From IMG/VR virus record IMGVR_UViG_3300042465_003139: a stretch of 64,000 bases of DNA, one strand, 5' to 3'. The DNA is from an uncultured virus (IMG/VR IMGVR_UViG_3300042465_003139) (taxonomy: Duplodnaviria > Heunggongvirae > Uroviricota > Caudoviricetes). The position numbers were made by a program, and so were the translations under genes. The notes beneath the pieces are model-generated. The model worked only from the letters and a program-made list of their open reading frames with translations, did no database searches and had not been told where the DNA came from. Position 1 is the first letter of the stretch. Each line of letters opens with the position of its first letter. Positions 1-9,872 of this stretch are shown here, piece after piece.

Positions 1-250
1 ATTTTCGTATTCTACAAGCCATGAAAAAACTTTTCTGTCCTAAGTGTAAAAAAGACAAGCCATCGAATGGAGATTTCTTCCAACGAAAAGACCTAGATTT
101 AGCATCAAAAAAGGGTCACAATCAAGCAATTTGCACACAATGTATCGAAAAACCTCAAAAAGTAGCAAAAAATCAGACCAAACCTCTCTAAGTTGTTGAT
201 TTTTAAAGAGTTTTTTTGTTGTTTTTTTGCAACCTGACGTAAAATAGTTG

Positions 251-278
251 TTGACATTCTCTCCCATACCTGTATAAT
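251..278 (+). promoter_or_regulatory. sigma70-type early promoter
   Basis: TTGACA (251-256), 16-nt spacer, TATAAT (273-278); upstream IHF-like site (189-201) and GTTG-N8-CAAC (218-233). Confidence 0.8.
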
Positions 279-306
279 AGACTATGTTGAGTTGAGAGAG
301 GACGTT

Positions 307-690
307 ATGGGTCAGACTGTTACATTATGGACAATGAACGGTGTTTCAAAAGCAAAGACTGCTAAGGCTATTCTGTTTTTGAACACCGAAACCAATCAAG
401 AGGCATGGGTGCCTCTCACGGTTGCTAGTGTTCGTTTCATCGGCAAGGACTACAAGGTGCAAGTTACTGTACCTGGTTGGTTCTACGGCAAGATTCAATG
501 GAAGCAACCTTCCACTTTCACCCCCAAAGTAAAACCTGCTAACCCATACATTGGTGCCGATGTTGGCAACATGATGGAAGAGCGAATGGTGCTTAATGAA
601 ATGGCAGATTCGGAAACGGGTGAAGCAAAACAAAAATTGATTGAACGAATTGCATTGATTGATGCGGCAGTCAAAGCGGCTTATGCTTGA
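307..690 (+). CDS. hypothetical early protein
   Basis: ORF after GAGGA RBS, ATG at 307, directly downstream of early promoter. Confidence 0.75.
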   Translation: MGQTVTLWTMNGVSKAKTAKAILFLNTETNQEAWVPLTVASVRFIGKDYKVQVTVPGWFYGKIQWKQPSTFTPKVKPANPYIGADVGNMMEERMVLNEMADSETGEAKQKLIERIALIDAAVKAAYA

Positions 691-715
691 CATTACCAAT
701 CGGCTGTGCTAGAAT
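687..715 (+). promoter_or_regulatory. sigma70-type promoter
   Basis: TTGACA-17 nt-TAGAAT with extended -10 TG. Confidence 0.75.
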
Positions 716-739
716 ATATACATACTGATTGAGGAACAC

Positions 740-2914
740 ATGGATAATTTTCAGAATTCAAAATCCAATCTTGCGAAACTTCTCGCTACAGAAAACATTA
801 CTGTGGAATATCGCAAGGCACAAACTGCCGCATTCAACGTGGCAACCCGCACACTAACCCTTCCTGTATGGAATGATCTTACGCCTGAAATGACTGACTT
901 GATGATCGGTCATGAGGTTGGTCACGCACTTGATACACCAATGCAATATGGTGATGCCGAACTACAAGGCTATGGTAAGGGTTTCAAAACTTTTTTGAAC
1001 GTGGTCGAAGATGCACGAATTGAACGCCGTATCAAGGACCGATATCCTGGTCTTCGCCGCTCATTCTCTAAAGGCTATCAAGAATTTGTGAACCGTGACT
1101 TCTTTGAAGTTAGTGGTAAAGACATTTCTAAAATGCTATTGATTGATCGTATCAATTTGCAATTCAAGATTGGTCCTTTCTTTCCTGTTAAGTTTAATGA
1201 AGCCGAGACTGCACTAGTTAAAAAGGTCGAGGCTTGCGATTCGTTTGATGATGTTGTTGCAGTATGCAAAGAATTGTATGACTACTGCAAGCAAGAATTG
1301 GATGACAAGCGCCAAGAGGCTATGGACGAGTTTCAGGCCAAGGTTGATGCTGGCGAATTTGATGATGAGTATGATGATTCATTCGATAATTTTGATTCGG
1401 AAGAAGACAATGATGATTTCGAATTCAAGAATCCTAACGAATACGATTCGGAAGATGCCGATGATTTTGATGACCGTGATGATGGTTACTCGCATGGTCG
1501 CCAAGAGCCAGAGTATCGCGATCCCGAAGAATTAAAGCAATATGATGAAGTGAAAGCCGCAACCGATGAGAATTTGCAGAAGGCTCTCAAGTCTCTGACC
1601 GAACAAAAAGAATTGATGGTTGGTTCTATGCCTTCCTCTACTCAATTCAATTACAATAATCTGATTATCAATTACAAGAAAATCATCGGCAAGATGTTGA
1701 CGAATGATGTTATCATTGATAACGAATATAAGTTTAATCTAATTACAGAATTCGAAGCCAAGAACAAAAATGCAATTGCATACCTTGTCAAGGAATTCGA
1801 AATGAAAAAGAAAGCGGCTGAGTTGCGCCGTGTGACTATCTCTGATACTGGTGTGCTTGATACCAATAAGTTGCACACATACAAATTCAATGACGATATT
1901 TTCCGCAAGGTTGGTTCTGTAGCCGCCGGCAAGAATCACGGTGTTGTGATGTTCATTGACTGGTCTGGTTCCATGAATGACAACATGAAAGGCACCATTG
2001 AACAGTTGATCACAATGACTACATTCTGTCGTAAAGTGAATGTGCCTTTTGAAGTTTATGCATTTACCACTCAGTATTTCGAAAAGAAGTATGATGAGAA
2101 TGGACTGGCGATTCCTCCCGCACCTAACGTAACTAATGTATCTGGTACACTAGAACTTGATGGCGGTTGGAATTTGTTGAATCTATTTTCAAGCCGAATG
2201 AAGACAAGTGAATATCGCCGTATGGCAAATGACTTGTTGAATTATGGTGAGTTGATCGTCAACTACTACAAGCGTGGCTACATTGAAGAGCGTTTTGGTC
2301 TTGGTGGTACTCCGCTGAATCAAACCATTCTTGCCGCATCAGGCATTGTCAATAACTTCCGTAAGGCTTACAAGGCTGAAATCGTTGACGTTATGTTTTT
2401 GACTGATGGCGAAGATAGCGAGACTATGTGGACTTCTGGTGAGCGTTATGGAATTACAAGAATCGGCGCGTCTACTTACAAATCTGTATCTTATCTTGAA
2501 GATAAAGAAACTTTGAAAAAGTATCGCGTAAGTGATTCTGGCGTTACCCCTACTTTGCTTCAAATTTTGAAAGACAGAACCGGTTGTAATCTGATTGGCT
2601 TCTACATTCTGCCAAAGGGTCGCCGTTACTTTGATAATGCATTGGCGCGGTTCAAAACCTTAACCTCGAATGATGCATTTGCAAAATTCAAGTTTGAGAA
2701 GTTTTACTCTATCGGCAACTATGGCTATGATCAATACTTCCTGATTCCTGGCGGCAATGATCTTTCCGTAGAAGATGAAGACTTGAATGATCTGTTGGGA
2801 GAAAACAACGCGAATGTTAGTGCCCGCAAACTTAGGGGTGCTTTCTTGAAAATGAATAAGAATCGGTTGACTAACCGAATCCTACTCTCGAAAGTGATTG
2901 AGGAAATTGCTTGA
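740..2914 (+). CDS. metallopeptidase-like/vWA-domain protein (CobT-like partner of MoxR ATPase)
   Basis: HEVGH zinc motif, acidic linker, MIDAS DWSGS and LTDGE motifs; adjacent to CobS-like ATPase as in T4-like cyano/pelagiphages. Confidence 0.8.
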   Translation: MDNFQNSKSNLAKLLATENITVEYRKAQTAAFNVATRTLTLPVWNDLTPEMTDLMIGHEVGHALDTPMQYGDAELQGYGKGFKTFLNVVEDARIERRIKDRYPGLRRSFSKGYQEFVNRDFFEVSGKDISKMLLIDRINLQFKIGPFFPVKFNEAETALVKKVEACDSFDDVVAVCKELYDYCKQELDDKRQEAMDEFQAKVDAGEFDDEYDDSFDNFDSEEDNDDFEFKNPNEYDSEDADDFDDRDDGYSHGRQEPEYRDPEELKQYDEVKAATDENLQKALKSLTEQKELMVGSMPSSTQFNYNNLIINYKKIIGKMLTNDVIIDNEYKFNLITEFEAKNKNAIAYLVKEFEMKKKAAELRRVTISDTGVLDTNKLHTYKFNDDIFRKVGSVAAGKNHGVVMFIDWSGSMNDNMKGTIEQLITMTTFCRKVNVPFEVYAFTTQYFEKKYDENGLAIPPAPNVTNVSGTLELDGGWNLLNLFSSRMKTSEYRRMANDLLNYGELIVNYYKRGYIEERFGLGGTPLNQTILAASGIVNNFRKAYKAEIVDVMFLTDGEDSETMWTSGERYGITRIGASTYKSVSYLEDKETLKKYRVSDSGVTPTLLQILKDRTGCNLIGFYILPKGRRYFDNALARFKTLTSNDAFAKFKFEKFYSIGNYGYDQYFLIPGGNDLSVEDEDLNDLLGENNANVSARKLRGAFLKMNKNRLTNRILLSKVIEEIA

Positions 2915-2939
2915 CTTTCCTCCAATTACCGTGTATAAT
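2911..2939 (+). promoter_or_regulatory. sigma70-type promoter
   Basis: TTGACT-17 nt-TATAAT. Confidence 0.75.
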
Positions 2940-2984
2940 ATATTATGTTGAGTGATTGATTTACCCCCTGAAAGGAACTTTGTA

Positions 2985-4160
2985 ATGATTAGCCGTGAAC
3001 AAAAAGTTGCGTTTCTTACCGAAGCCGCGAATCGTTTTGGTGCTACTGTAACTCGCCAGCAAATTGTGTCCCTTGCCGATGAAGGCTTTGGTCGCCACTT
3101 CTGGATTGAGTCTGATAAATATCGTGTTGGTCGTGGCACTTATCAGTTGCCACTTGAAGAATTCAACGTCAATCTAAATGGCGTTTCTGCTAAAGTGATT
3201 GAAATGCCTAAGCAAACTCCTGTGGCTGAAATGAAGCCGATTGCAAAAATCTCCTCTGTTGGTCGTGTTGAAGAAGGCGCGATTGTTCCTAAAGTGAACA
3301 GTCTGTATGTGCCTTTCGGATTCTTTGACAAGATGAAGGCGATTATCGTCAGTCAACGTTTCTATCCTACTTTCGTTTCTGGTCTATCTGGTAACGGCAA
3401 GACTTTCATGGTTGAACAAGCCTGCGCCCAAACCAAGCGCGAGTTTCTCCGTGTGAATATTTCACCCGAGACGGACGAAGATGATTTGATCGGTGGCTTC
3501 CGTTTGATTGATGGTGAGACTAAGTGGTTTGATGGTCCCGTTATTCAAGCAATGAAGCGTGGCTCTGTGCTAGTGCTTGATGAAATCGACCGTGGCTCTA
3601 ACAAACTTATGTGTCTGCAAGGTATCCTTGAAGGCAAGGGTGTGTTGATTAAGAAGACTGGCGAATTTGTTGAACCTGCAAAGGGTTTCAATGTGGTTGC
3701 TACTGCAAACACTAAGGGTAAGGGAGATGAGACTGGTCGTTACATGGCGGCTACGATTCTTGATGACGCCTTCCTTGAGCGTTTCCCAATTACCGTTGAA
3801 CAAGAATATCCTGACACTAAGATTGAGACTAAGATTCTCACCAAGATGTTTGATAGCCTTGGCATTCAAGATAAGACATTCGCTGGAAATCTTGTGAAGT
3901 GGGCTGATATCATTCGTAAGACTTTTGAAGATGGTGCGATTGATGAAATTATTTCCACTCGCCGTCTTGTTCACATTGCCGAAGCATACACTATCTTCAA
4001 CGATAAGATGGATGCAATTCAATACTGTATCAATCGTTTCGATGGCGAAACAAAAACTTCTTTCCTTGATCTGTATACCAAGATTGATGCAGGTATCGAT
4101 CCAACTGCGGCTCCTGCCGAAGTGAAAGTGGAAGAATCTACCGATGAGATTCCATTCTAA
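2985..4160 (+). CDS. cobS: CobS-like MoxR-family AAA+ ATPase
   Basis: Walker A GLSGNGKT, Walker B VLVLDE, ATANTKG, AFLERF, ISTRRL motifs. Confidence 0.88.
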   Translation: MISREQKVAFLTEAANRFGATVTRQQIVSLADEGFGRHFWIESDKYRVGRGTYQLPLEEFNVNLNGVSAKVIEMPKQTPVAEMKPIAKISSVGRVEEGAIVPKVNSLYVPFGFFDKMKAIIVSQRFYPTFVSGLSGNGKTFMVEQACAQTKREFLRVNISPETDEDDLIGGFRLIDGETKWFDGPVIQAMKRGSVLVLDEIDRGSNKLMCLQGILEGKGVLIKKTGEFVEPAKGFNVVATANTKGKGDETGRYMAATILDDAFLERFPITVEQEYPDTKIETKILTKMFDSLGIQDKTFAGNLVKWADIIRKTFEDGAIDEIISTRRLVHIAEAYTIFNDKMDAIQYCINRFDGETKTSFLDLYTKIDAGIDPTAAPAEVKVEESTDEIPF

Positions 4161-4175
4161 ATAAATAACTCTCTG

Positions 4176-4206
4176 AAAAAAGAGGTCACTAAATGTGACC
4201 TCTTTC
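4176..4206 (+). terminator. hairpin terminator
   Basis: AAAGAGGTCAC-TAAAT-GTGACCTCTTT inverted repeat after cobS. Confidence 0.7.
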
Positions 4207-4249
4207 GTTATATATAAATGTATCACAACTCAATAATTATGGAGATATA

Positions 4250-5170
4250 ATGAAATTTGAACTTGATCTAGCACAACTCCGAACTAAAAAACTGTTTATT
4301 GCAACACCAATGTATGGTGGGCAATGTCACGGCGCATACACAAAAGCAATCTCAGACTTAATGATTCTTTGTACCAAGTATGGCATTGAAGCAAAACTGT
4401 TTTTCATCTTTAATGAATCACTAGTGCAACGTGCGCGAAATTATCTAGCGGATGAATTCATGCGAAGTAATTTCGATTACATGATGTTTATCGATAGCGA
4501 TATTCATTTTGAAGCACAAGACATTCTTGTGATGATGCACTTTGCAATCAATAACGATGATATGGATGTTCTATGCGGACCATATCCAAAGAAAGCAATT
4601 TCTTGGGAGAAGATTAAACTTGCAGTAGACAAGGGTTATGCAGATAAGAATCCTAATCAACTAGAAGAATTTGTTGGCGACTACGTTTTCAATCCTACCG
4701 ATGGTGTTACTCAATTCCGAATTGACGAACCTGTTCAAGTGAAAGAAGGTGGTACTGGCTTCATGCTTATCAAACGTAACACATTTGAAAAATTTGACGA
4801 AGTATATCCACAGCAACGTTATCGTCCGGATCACGTTCGCACCGCTAACTTTGATGGCTCTCGCGAAATCACCGCTTACTTTGATTGTCCTATTGATCCA
4901 GAGTCTAGACGTTATCTATCTGAAGACTACATGTTCTGCCAGTGGTCGCGCAAAGCGGGACTTAAAGTTTGGTTGCTTCCATGGCTTCGTTTGAAACACG
5001 CTGGTGCTTATATCTTTGGTGGTTCTCTACAGGCACTTGCGGCGATTGGTGCATCACCAACAGCAGGTCAAGATGTTATGAAGAAGGATATTAGAAATGG
5101 ACTAGCAGTAAATGGAAGTCTTGCGCCAACTGCTAAACTATCCGAAGTGAAAAAAACGAAAAAGAAATAA
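4250..5170 (+). CDS. GT-A fold glycosyltransferase-like protein
   Basis: IATPMYGG, RARN, FIDSDI (DxD), GTGFMLI, YLSEDY motifs. Confidence 0.7.
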   Translation: MKFELDLAQLRTKKLFIATPMYGGQCHGAYTKAISDLMILCTKYGIEAKLFFIFNESLVQRARNYLADEFMRSNFDYMMFIDSDIHFEAQDILVMMHFAINNDDMDVLCGPYPKKAISWEKIKLAVDKGYADKNPNQLEEFVGDYVFNPTDGVTQFRIDEPVQVKEGGTGFMLIKRNTFEKFDEVYPQQRYRPDHVRTANFDGSREITAYFDCPIDPESRRYLSEDYMFCQWSRKAGLKVWLLPWLRLKHAGAYIFGGSLQALAAIGASPTAGQDVMKKDIRNGLAVNGSLAPTAKLSEVKKTKKK

Positions 5171-5179
5171 AGGATAAGA

Positions 5180-5464
5180 ATGATTGACTATCGTTATAAT
5201 GAAGATAAACTGATTGAAGAAATCAAGCGATACATTGATGCCACATATGGTCAACATTACTCCCAAAATAAATTTCAGGCTACAGAATTCATCATTGATG
5301 GTGGACATGGTGAAGGATTCTGTATCGGAAATATTCTGAAGTATGCACAACGCTACGGAAAGAAAGAGGGCAAGAATCGTAAAGACTTGCTAAAAGTTTT
5401 GCATTATGCTATAATTATGCTACATGTTCATGATTTGAATGAGGTGAAAAATGAAACTAAGTGA
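5180..5464 (+). CDS. DUF3310-like conserved phage protein
   Basis: HY...GFCIGNILKYAQRYGKK...DLLKVLHY pattern. Confidence 0.7.
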   Translation: MIDYRYNEDKLIEEIKRYIDATYGQHYSQNKFQATEFIIDGGHGEGFCIGNILKYAQRYGKKEGKNRKDLLKVLHYAIIMLHVHDLNEVKNETK

Positions 5465-6122
5465 AAATACTGTCGGTCTTTTGAAGAACTTTGCTACAAT
5501 TAATTCTGGTATTCAGATTAAGGCAGGTTCTACAATTCGAACAATCTCCAAACAACAAAACGTTCTCGCGAAGGCAACTGTCGCTGAAAATTTTGATTCA
5601 GAATTTGTAATCTATGATCTGAATCGTTTTCTTGCATTGATTACCTCTCTGGACTCCCCTGAGATTGCTTTCAATGCAGAGAAGAAAAATCTAACCGTGA
5701 AATCCGGTTCATCGAAAACCACATACGGTCTGTCCGATGAATCCATGATTGTCGCGCCTCCCAACAAAGAACTTAAAATTGAAAACGCTGAAGTGAATTT
5801 CAAACTCACGAAGGAAAACTTCAATCAAGTTTTGAAACTCTCAGGCATTTTGGGACTCCCTAACATTGCAGTAGTTGGTGACGGCAAGAACATTTCAATC
5901 TCCACATTAGATGTGAAGAATGATGAATCGGATAATTTTTCTATCAAGGTTGGTGAAACTGAAGCAAACTTCAAGATGATCTTTGCTACAGAAAATCTAA
6001 AGATGGTAACTGGCAACTATGATGTTTCCATTTCATCTAAAGGTTTTGCACACTTTAAGCATGAAAAAGACCCAATTGAATATTGGGTTGCACTTGAGGC
6101 TGGCTCTAAGTATGAGGGTTAA
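5451..6122 (+). CDS. 45: sliding clamp (gp45)
   Basis: MKLSENT..LKNFATINSGI N-terminus, IYDLNRFL, YWVALE C-terminus; synteny with gp44/gp62. Confidence 0.95.
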   Translation: MKLSENTVGLLKNFATINSGIQIKAGSTIRTISKQQNVLAKATVAENFDSEFVIYDLNRFLALITSLDSPEIAFNAEKKNLTVKSGSSKTTYGLSDESMIVAPPNKELKIENAEVNFKLTKENFNQVLKLSGILGLPNIAVVGDGKNISISTLDVKNDESDNFSIKVGETEANFKMIFATENLKMVTGNYDVSISSKGFAHFKHEKDPIEYWVALEAGSKYEG

Positions 6123-6124
6123 TC

Positions 6125-6394
6125 ATGAGTAACGTGATCATTCCATCTTCACCAGAAGATCGTAAGAAGATTCGTGGCGCACTTGAAGAAATTTCAAACT
6201 CACTCACACGCATCGAAGCAGAGCGTGAATTGATTAAAGAAATTCTACAAGATGTAGAAGACAAGTTTGAACTTCCTAAGAAGTATACTCGCAAGGTTGC
6301 AAAAATCTTTCACAAACAGAATTTTGCTGAAGTGAAAACTGAACAGGAAGATTTGGAAACAATCTATGAAACTGTAACAGGACCTCAGCCATGA
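6125..6394 (+). CDS. dsbA: T4 DsbA-like double-stranded DNA-binding protein
   Basis: 89-aa helical protein with EISNSLTRIEAERELIKEI...KIFHKQNF pattern. Confidence 0.65.
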   Translation: MSNVIIPSSPEDRKKIRGALEEISNSLTRIEAERELIKEILQDVEDKFELPKKYTRKVAKIFHKQNFAEVKTEQEDLETIYETVTGPQP

Positions 6395-6762
6395 ATCCAA
6401 CACGCAGAAAAATGATAACAGGCACAGGTCTTGCTGGTGCATTCGTTGCAGGATTTTTTGCGCCAAAGGTTGTCGTTGAAGTTAAAGAAAAATTGCGAGA
6501 GACTAAGGTGGAAGATATTCGTCATCTTGCGCCTCATAGTTCAACAACACTTACTCTACAAGGCAATCCAAAACCTGTAGTACCATCTCCACATAATGGT
6601 AATGGATTTTATGTTTCATCAAATCCAGAATATCAAAATAAAGTTGAAATGTCTGTTGGCAAAGACAATCGACTATGGCTCAAAATTGATGGTGAGTGGC
6701 GAAGAGTTGCAATTGACCCTTCTTGGTGTGATCCCACTTACTGCGATCCAGCAGAAGTCTAA
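6391..6762 (+). CDS. hypothetical protein with twin-arginine-like signal
   Basis: N-terminal TRRKMI followed by hydrophobic segment. Confidence 0.6.
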   Translation: MNPTRRKMITGTGLAGAFVAGFFAPKVVVEVKEKLRETKVEDIRHLAPHSSTTLTLQGNPKPVVPSPHNGNGFYVSSNPEYQNKVEMSVGKDNRLWLKIDGEWRRVAIDPSWCDPTYCDPAEV

Positions 6763-6827
6763 CACCAAATTCGCATTCTAACATGTTTTATGTTAGAATA
6801 TATTATTATGTTATTGTGAGGTGATTA

Positions 6828-7766
6828 ATGCTACAAGATTTTCTGTGGGTAGAAAAATATCGTCCAAAGAAGGTAGAAGATACTATTCTTCCTTCTGATT
6901 TGAAGGCGACATTTCAAGAATTTGTAAACAACAAAAATGTACCCAATCTAATTCTGAGTGGTGGTCCTGGCGTAGGTAAGACTACTGTTGCAAAAGCAAT
7001 GCTTGAAGAATTGGATTGTTCTTATATTATAATTAACGGATCGATGAACGGCAACATCGATACACTACGCAATGAAATTAAAAACTTTGCATCAACCGTA
7101 TCTTTTTCAGGTGGTCGTAAATATGTCATTCTTGATGAGGCTGATTACCTTAATCCTCAATCTACTCAACCCGCGCTCCGGAACTTCATGGAAGAGTTTT
7201 CTGCTAACTGTGGTTTTATCCTTACTTGCAACTTTCTTAATCGTATCATCGCCCCTCTCCACAGTCGATGCTCCGTTGTTCCTTTTAAGATAAACGCAAA
7301 AGACAAACCTAAACTTGCTTCACAATTCATGAAGCGAGTAACAGGCATTCTCGAAACTGAGAAAGTAGAGTTTGATCAAAAGGTTGTTGCGGAAGTTATC
7401 ATGAAGTATTTTCCTGACTGGCGCAGGGTAATTAATGAACTTCAACGCTACTCTGCTACAGGTAAGATTGATGCAGGTCTTCTTTCTAATCTAACTGAAG
7501 ACAACACAAAAAATTTAATCAAGATGTTGAAAGAGAAAGACTTCACTGGTATGCGTAAGTGGGTCAATGATAATCTTGATAACGAACCTAACGTTCTATT
7601 CCGTAGAATTTTCGATGGCTGTCACGAATATCTCTCTACTAAGAGTGTGCCTCAAATGGTCATTCTTCTAGGTGAGTATCAATACAAGTCTGCATTCGTA
7701 GTTGATCAAGAAATCAATTTCGTTTCATTCTTGACCGAAGTGATGGCTGATTGTGAATTCAAGTGA
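6828..7766 (+). CDS. 44: clamp loader large subunit (gp44)
   Basis: LWVEKYRP, GGPGVGKTT, ILDEAD, PLHSRC motifs. Confidence 0.96.
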   Translation: MLQDFLWVEKYRPKKVEDTILPSDLKATFQEFVNNKNVPNLILSGGPGVGKTTVAKAMLEELDCSYIIINGSMNGNIDTLRNEIKNFASTVSFSGGRKYVILDEADYLNPQSTQPALRNFMEEFSANCGFILTCNFLNRIIAPLHSRCSVVPFKINAKDKPKLASQFMKRVTGILETEKVEFDQKVVAEVIMKYFPDWRRVINELQRYSATGKIDAGLLSNLTEDNTKNLIKMLKEKDFTGMRKWVNDNLDNEPNVLFRRIFDGCHEYLSTKSVPQMVILLGEYQYKSAFVVDQEINFVSFLTEVMADCEFK

Positions 7767-8301
7767 TATCTACTCTCCAGAACATTGGAACAAAATCTGT
7801 GAACTAGTTGCACAGAGAGCAAAGATAGTTTTGCCTCTTGTAGTTTTGCGTAGGGTGAAGTCTACTCTCATCTCACACTTTTTTGAAATCTGCGCGGCTG
7901 AATATTTCAATTCAATTGACATTCAATGTCAGAATGCTTTGACTGATAAGCAACCAGACTTAAAGTTTAATAATGAGATTTGTGAAATCAAAACTACAAA
8001 TGTGTATAGTAACGCAATCAGTAGAAAAATTACATGGACTGGCAATGTAATATCTAAAGTCGATGCAACATACATGTTCATCATGTGGCATCTATCAGAT
8101 AACGAAACATTGTTTCCGAAGACTATGGATTTTTTCCTAGCAAAGTGTTATGTTGATCAAACCGAGTGGGGCACTCTCGGCAACTATAACGGCGCAGGAT
8201 TTACTACTGATGATTTGATTAGTCATGATTTTGAAGTCATTGTTGGAGATTGTGAAAACCGACATTTTAAATTGAAAAGTTTTGATTATGAATCCGTTTG
8301 A
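7753..8301 (+). CDS. putative PD-(D/E)xK nuclease (restriction/homing endonuclease-like)
   Basis: QPDL...CEIKT motif; inserted between gp44 and gp62, overlapping both. Confidence 0.55.
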   Translation: MNSSDIYSPEHWNKICELVAQRAKIVLPLVVLRRVKSTLISHFFEICAAEYFNSIDIQCQNALTDKQPDLKFNNEICEIKTTNVYSNAISRKITWTGNVISKVDATYMFIMWHLSDNETLFPKTMDFFLAKCYVDQTEWGTLGNYNGAGFTTDDLISHDFEVIVGDCENRHFKLKSFDYESV

Positions 8302-8689
8302 TTTTCTAAAAGCAATCAATGAATCGAAAGAAGACTTAATTACAGACGAATTGTCCGAAAAGGCTTATAATGCATTCATCGTAAACAAAGGACTTTCGTT
8401 CTTTCCAGACACGGTTCTATATGCAAATGAAATGAACCGTTTGAGTACCCTTGATAACAAACCTCAATTTGCCTATTTACTAAATAGTCTCAGACCGCGA
8501 AAGCGATATAGCAAGTGGTTGAAAAATGAGTTGATTGAAGATATCAAGGTTATTTCTGAATACTTTAACTACAGTTATCCAAAGGCTAAGCAAGTAGCGC
8601 ATCTGATATCTCCTGAACAACTCAACACCATAAAAGAAAAATTACAAAAAGGTGGATTGAAAACAAAGGAGAAAAATAATGGCAATTGA
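8288..8689 (+). CDS. 62: clamp loader small subunit (gp62)
   Basis: PFDFLKAIN, ANEMN, RPRKRYSKW motifs; synteny. Confidence 0.92.
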   Translation: MNPFDFLKAINESKEDLITDELSEKAYNAFIVNKGLSFFPDTVLYANEMNRLSTLDNKPQFAYLLNSLRPRKRYSKWLKNELIEDIKVISEYFNYSYPKAKQVAHLISPEQLNTIKEKLQKGGLKTKEKNNGN

Positions 8690-9083
8690 CATTGAAGATT
8701 TGCTTGAAGTTAGGCTTAAGAATGAAGATGACTTCTTAAAGGTTAAAGAAACACTTACTAGAATTGGTGTCGCATCACGTAAAGACAAGACCCTATACCA
8801 ATCCTGTCATATTCTGCACAAGCGTGGAAAATATTACATTGTTCATTTTAAAGAACTATTCGCACTTGACGGAAAAAACACAGATTTTGAAGACAATGAC
8901 TTAGGTCGTAGAAATACTATTACCAATTTGTTAGCCGAATGGGGACTTGTTGAACTTGTAAATAAGAATAGGTCTGAACAACCTGTTGCACCATTGTCTC
9001 AGATTAAAATCATTTCTCACAAAGAGAAAGATGAATGGCAGTTAGTTACCAAATATAATATCGGTAAGAAAAAGGAAATCTAA
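8679..9083 (+). CDS. regA: translational repressor RegA
   Basis: FLKVKETLTRIGVAS..LYQSCHILHKRGKYYIVHFKELF. Confidence 0.96.
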   Translation: MAIDIEDLLEVRLKNEDDFLKVKETLTRIGVASRKDKTLYQSCHILHKRGKYYIVHFKELFALDGKNTDFEDNDLGRRNTITNLLAEWGLVELVNKNRSEQPVAPLSQIKIISHKEKDEWQLVTKYNIGKKKEI

Positions 9084-9523
9084 TGAGTGAAGAACTTATT
9101 AATGCCGCCAAAGTGGTTTTAGCGAACCACTACGCATTCTACGTAAAGGCACAGAACTATCATTGGAACGTGACTGGTCCTGATTTCGTTCAGTATCATG
9201 ATTTGTTCGGTAAAATCTATGAAGAAGTTGGTGACGTAATTGATATGCTTGCGGAAGAAATTCGTGCAATGGATTCTTATGTGCCGGGAAGTTTTTCTCG
9301 ATTTGCTGAATTGTCGCAGATTGAAGAAGAGCAGAATGTTCCTACTGCTATGGAAATGATTCGTAGACTATACAACGACATTGCCATTATGCAGAACAGT
9401 ATTATGAATGCATATCATCTTGCCGAAGAAAACATGCAACATGGATATAGTAACGTTCTTGCCGAAAGACAAGATGCGTTTAATAAACATGCGTGGATGC
9501 TCAGATCAACTTTAAGAATTTGA
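9083..9523 (+). CDS. dps: Dps family ferritin-like DNA protection protein
   Basis: HWNVTGPDF..HDLFGKIYEE..D.LAEEIR, KHAWML. Confidence 0.92.
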   Translation: MSEELINAAKVVLANHYAFYVKAQNYHWNVTGPDFVQYHDLFGKIYEEVGDVIDMLAEEIRAMDSYVPGSFSRFAELSQIEEEQNVPTAMEMIRRLYNDIAIMQNSIMNAYHLAEENMQHGYSNVLAERQDAFNKHAWMLRSTLRI

Positions 9524-9548
9524 CATTCGCATATATATTTGATATAAT
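9520..9548 (+). promoter_or_regulatory. sigma70-type promoter
   Basis: TTGACA-17 nt-TATAAT. Confidence 0.8.
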
Positions 9549-9623
9549 ATACAGAATCTCCGGAAGGAGTATGGGCGCTAAGACCTTTCTTAGCATTTTG
9601 AACTTTAATATGAGGTAAAACTT

Positions 9624-9869
9624 ATGGCTTTCGTAAATTCCAGCAAAACCCAAAACCAACTTCTGGTTTCCTATCTTCGCGGCACTGGTCGTGGTATTTC
9701 TGCACCACAAGCAACCGCACTTTTCGGTATCAAAAATCTTCGCGCACGTATGAGCGACCTTCGTCAAGCAGGTCTTCGTATTCGCAAGACAATGAATACT
9801 GAAGGAAACACAACTTATTTTGTATCTCGCCGCTTGATTGACGGCACTCAGGGATATGTTTCAGTATAA
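9624..9869 (+). CDS. small winged-helix DNA-binding protein
   Basis: QATALFGIKNLRARMSDLRQAG HTH-like pattern; GAGG RBS. Confidence 0.65.
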   Translation: MAFVNSSKTQNQLLVSYLRGTGRGISAPQATALFGIKNLRARMSDLRQAGLRIRKTMNTEGNTTYFVSRRLIDGTQGYVSV

Positions 9870-9872
9870 ATA
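9865..9872 (+). promoter_or_regulatory. T4-type late promoter
   Basis: TATAAATA upstream of structured leader and hsp20 operon. Confidence 0.7.

Noticed and set aside
3570..4226. 218-aa minus-strand ORF
   Set aside because: Antisense shadow of cobS caused by codon bias; same for 55199-55837, 22573-23073 and 58741-59247
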